Notes under the pieces: model-generated
What the model was told of the DNA's origin: nothing
Seen by the model: only the letters and a program-made list of their open reading frames with translations
The model's database searches: none
Assembly (NCBI GenBank): GCA_964455935.1
Contig: CAYVZU010000052.1
Location: 1-25,508 of the forward strand
Source: an uncultured Fibrobacterota bacterium
Lineage (GTDB): Bacteria; Fibrobacterota; CAYVZU01
Reading direction: 5' to 3'
Length of the DNA: 25,508 bases
Shown here: piece by piece, positions 25,098 through 25,508 of the stretch
Layout: each line of letters begins with the position of its first letter
Position numbering within the stretch: position 1 is the first letter of the stretch
Translations under genes and position numbers: made by a program

Positions 25098-25502
25098 TCA
25101 GGAGGTATTGAGCCGGATCTGGAAGATTTTTTGGAACAAGGCTTCATATTTGGGCGGATATGGGTGCTTCCGGATGCTCTCCATCAAGAGCCGGCCGATA
25201 TTCTTGATGCTTCCGCAGGCTTGCCGGATATATTTTGCAGGCTGCCCCTTTTCGATGAGTTGATTGAGGATGTGGGCGACTTGTAGCAGCAGATAATAGT
25301 TCTTGCCTGCATTGTCATGATGGCTGTAGACCTGTTCCAGATTATACCCTCCGTTGGACTTCGCAAACCTGCGGCCCAAATCGGATATTTTCAAACCCTC
25401 CCTTTGGTAGCGCGCCAACCGAATCCGGTTGGCCTTATCCGCTGCCAGCGCACTTTGAGCCTTCCCCGATTTGGTGGACACTAAGAAAAGGGTGTATTTC
25501 AT
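25098..25502 (-). CDS. Hypothetical protein whose N-terminal ~45 aa are homologous to a segment of the transposase at 18265..19278; possibly a remnant of a related element
   Basis: KAQSALAADKANRIRLARYQREGLKISDLGRRF resembles FVKAALAADKTNRIRLARYRVEGVLLDSLAGNF in the transposase. The underlying DNA is about 80% identical over roughly 30 bp. The rest of the ORF has no similarity to the transposase. Confidence 0.45.
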   Translation of the reverse strand: MKYTLFLVSTKSGKAQSALAADKANRIRLARYQREGLKISDLGRRFAKSNGGYNLEQVYSHHDNAGKNYYLLLQVAHILNQLIEKGQPAKYIRQACGSIKNIGRLLMESIRKHPYPPKYEALFQKIFQIRLNTS

Positions 25503-25508
25503 ACCCTG

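Noticed and set aside
1-25508. tRNA, rRNA or CRISPR arrays
   Set aside because: No T-loop-like GGTTCGAATCC motifs or cloverleaf-sized conserved blocks occur in the intergenic regions. There are no short regularly spaced direct repeats. The only repeats are the two 165-bp copies and the IS inverted repeats.

Overview
This is a high-GC bacterial window, and nearly all genes are on the minus strand. It holds four blocks.

- **Microcompartment operon (1..3960):** the core of a bacterial microcompartment (BMC, metabolosome) operon. It has a PduL-type phosphotransacylase, two pentameric (BMC-P) vertex proteins (one truncated by the window edge), three hexameric (BMC-H) shell proteins and a CoA-acylating aldehyde dehydrogenase. 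There is also a small protein that carries an encapsulation peptide and resembles the N-terminal region of EutQ. It appears to be driven by a near-consensus sigma70 promoter that would give an almost leaderless mRNA. No signature enzyme or tandem-domain (BMC-T) shell protein is present in the window.
- **Secreted protein and URO-D gene (4269..7945):** a 600-aa secreted protein with a T9SS-like C-terminal domain, then a uroporphyrinogen-decarboxylase-family gene bracketed by two ~165-bp direct repeats.
- **Transporter/sensor block (8211..15571):** two paralogous gene pairs, each a sodium:solute symporter (SSS) family permease plus a small DUF4212 subunit. They flank an unusual 963-aa membrane protein with the domain order PHP phosphoesterase, transmembrane helix, single Cache domain, transmembrane helix, PAS, then a DUF294 (GlnD/GlnE-like) nucleotidyltransferase. 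This is a candidate uncharacterised sensory system.
- **Remaining genes (15869..25502):** an MltB-like lytic transglycosylase, a GT4 glycosyltransferase, and a compact ~1.1-kb IS-like element whose Y1 HUH transposase carries a C-terminal DnaA_C-like helix-turn-helix and is bounded by ~32-bp inverted repeats. These are followed by a GldA-GldF-GldG-DUF4340 ABC transporter operon, CheX, two small hypothetical ORFs, and a terminal ORF that shares a short motif with the transposase.

No rRNA, tRNA or CRISPR array was seen. The long plus-strand ORFs that overlap these genes are treated as antisense artefacts of GC-rich DNA.
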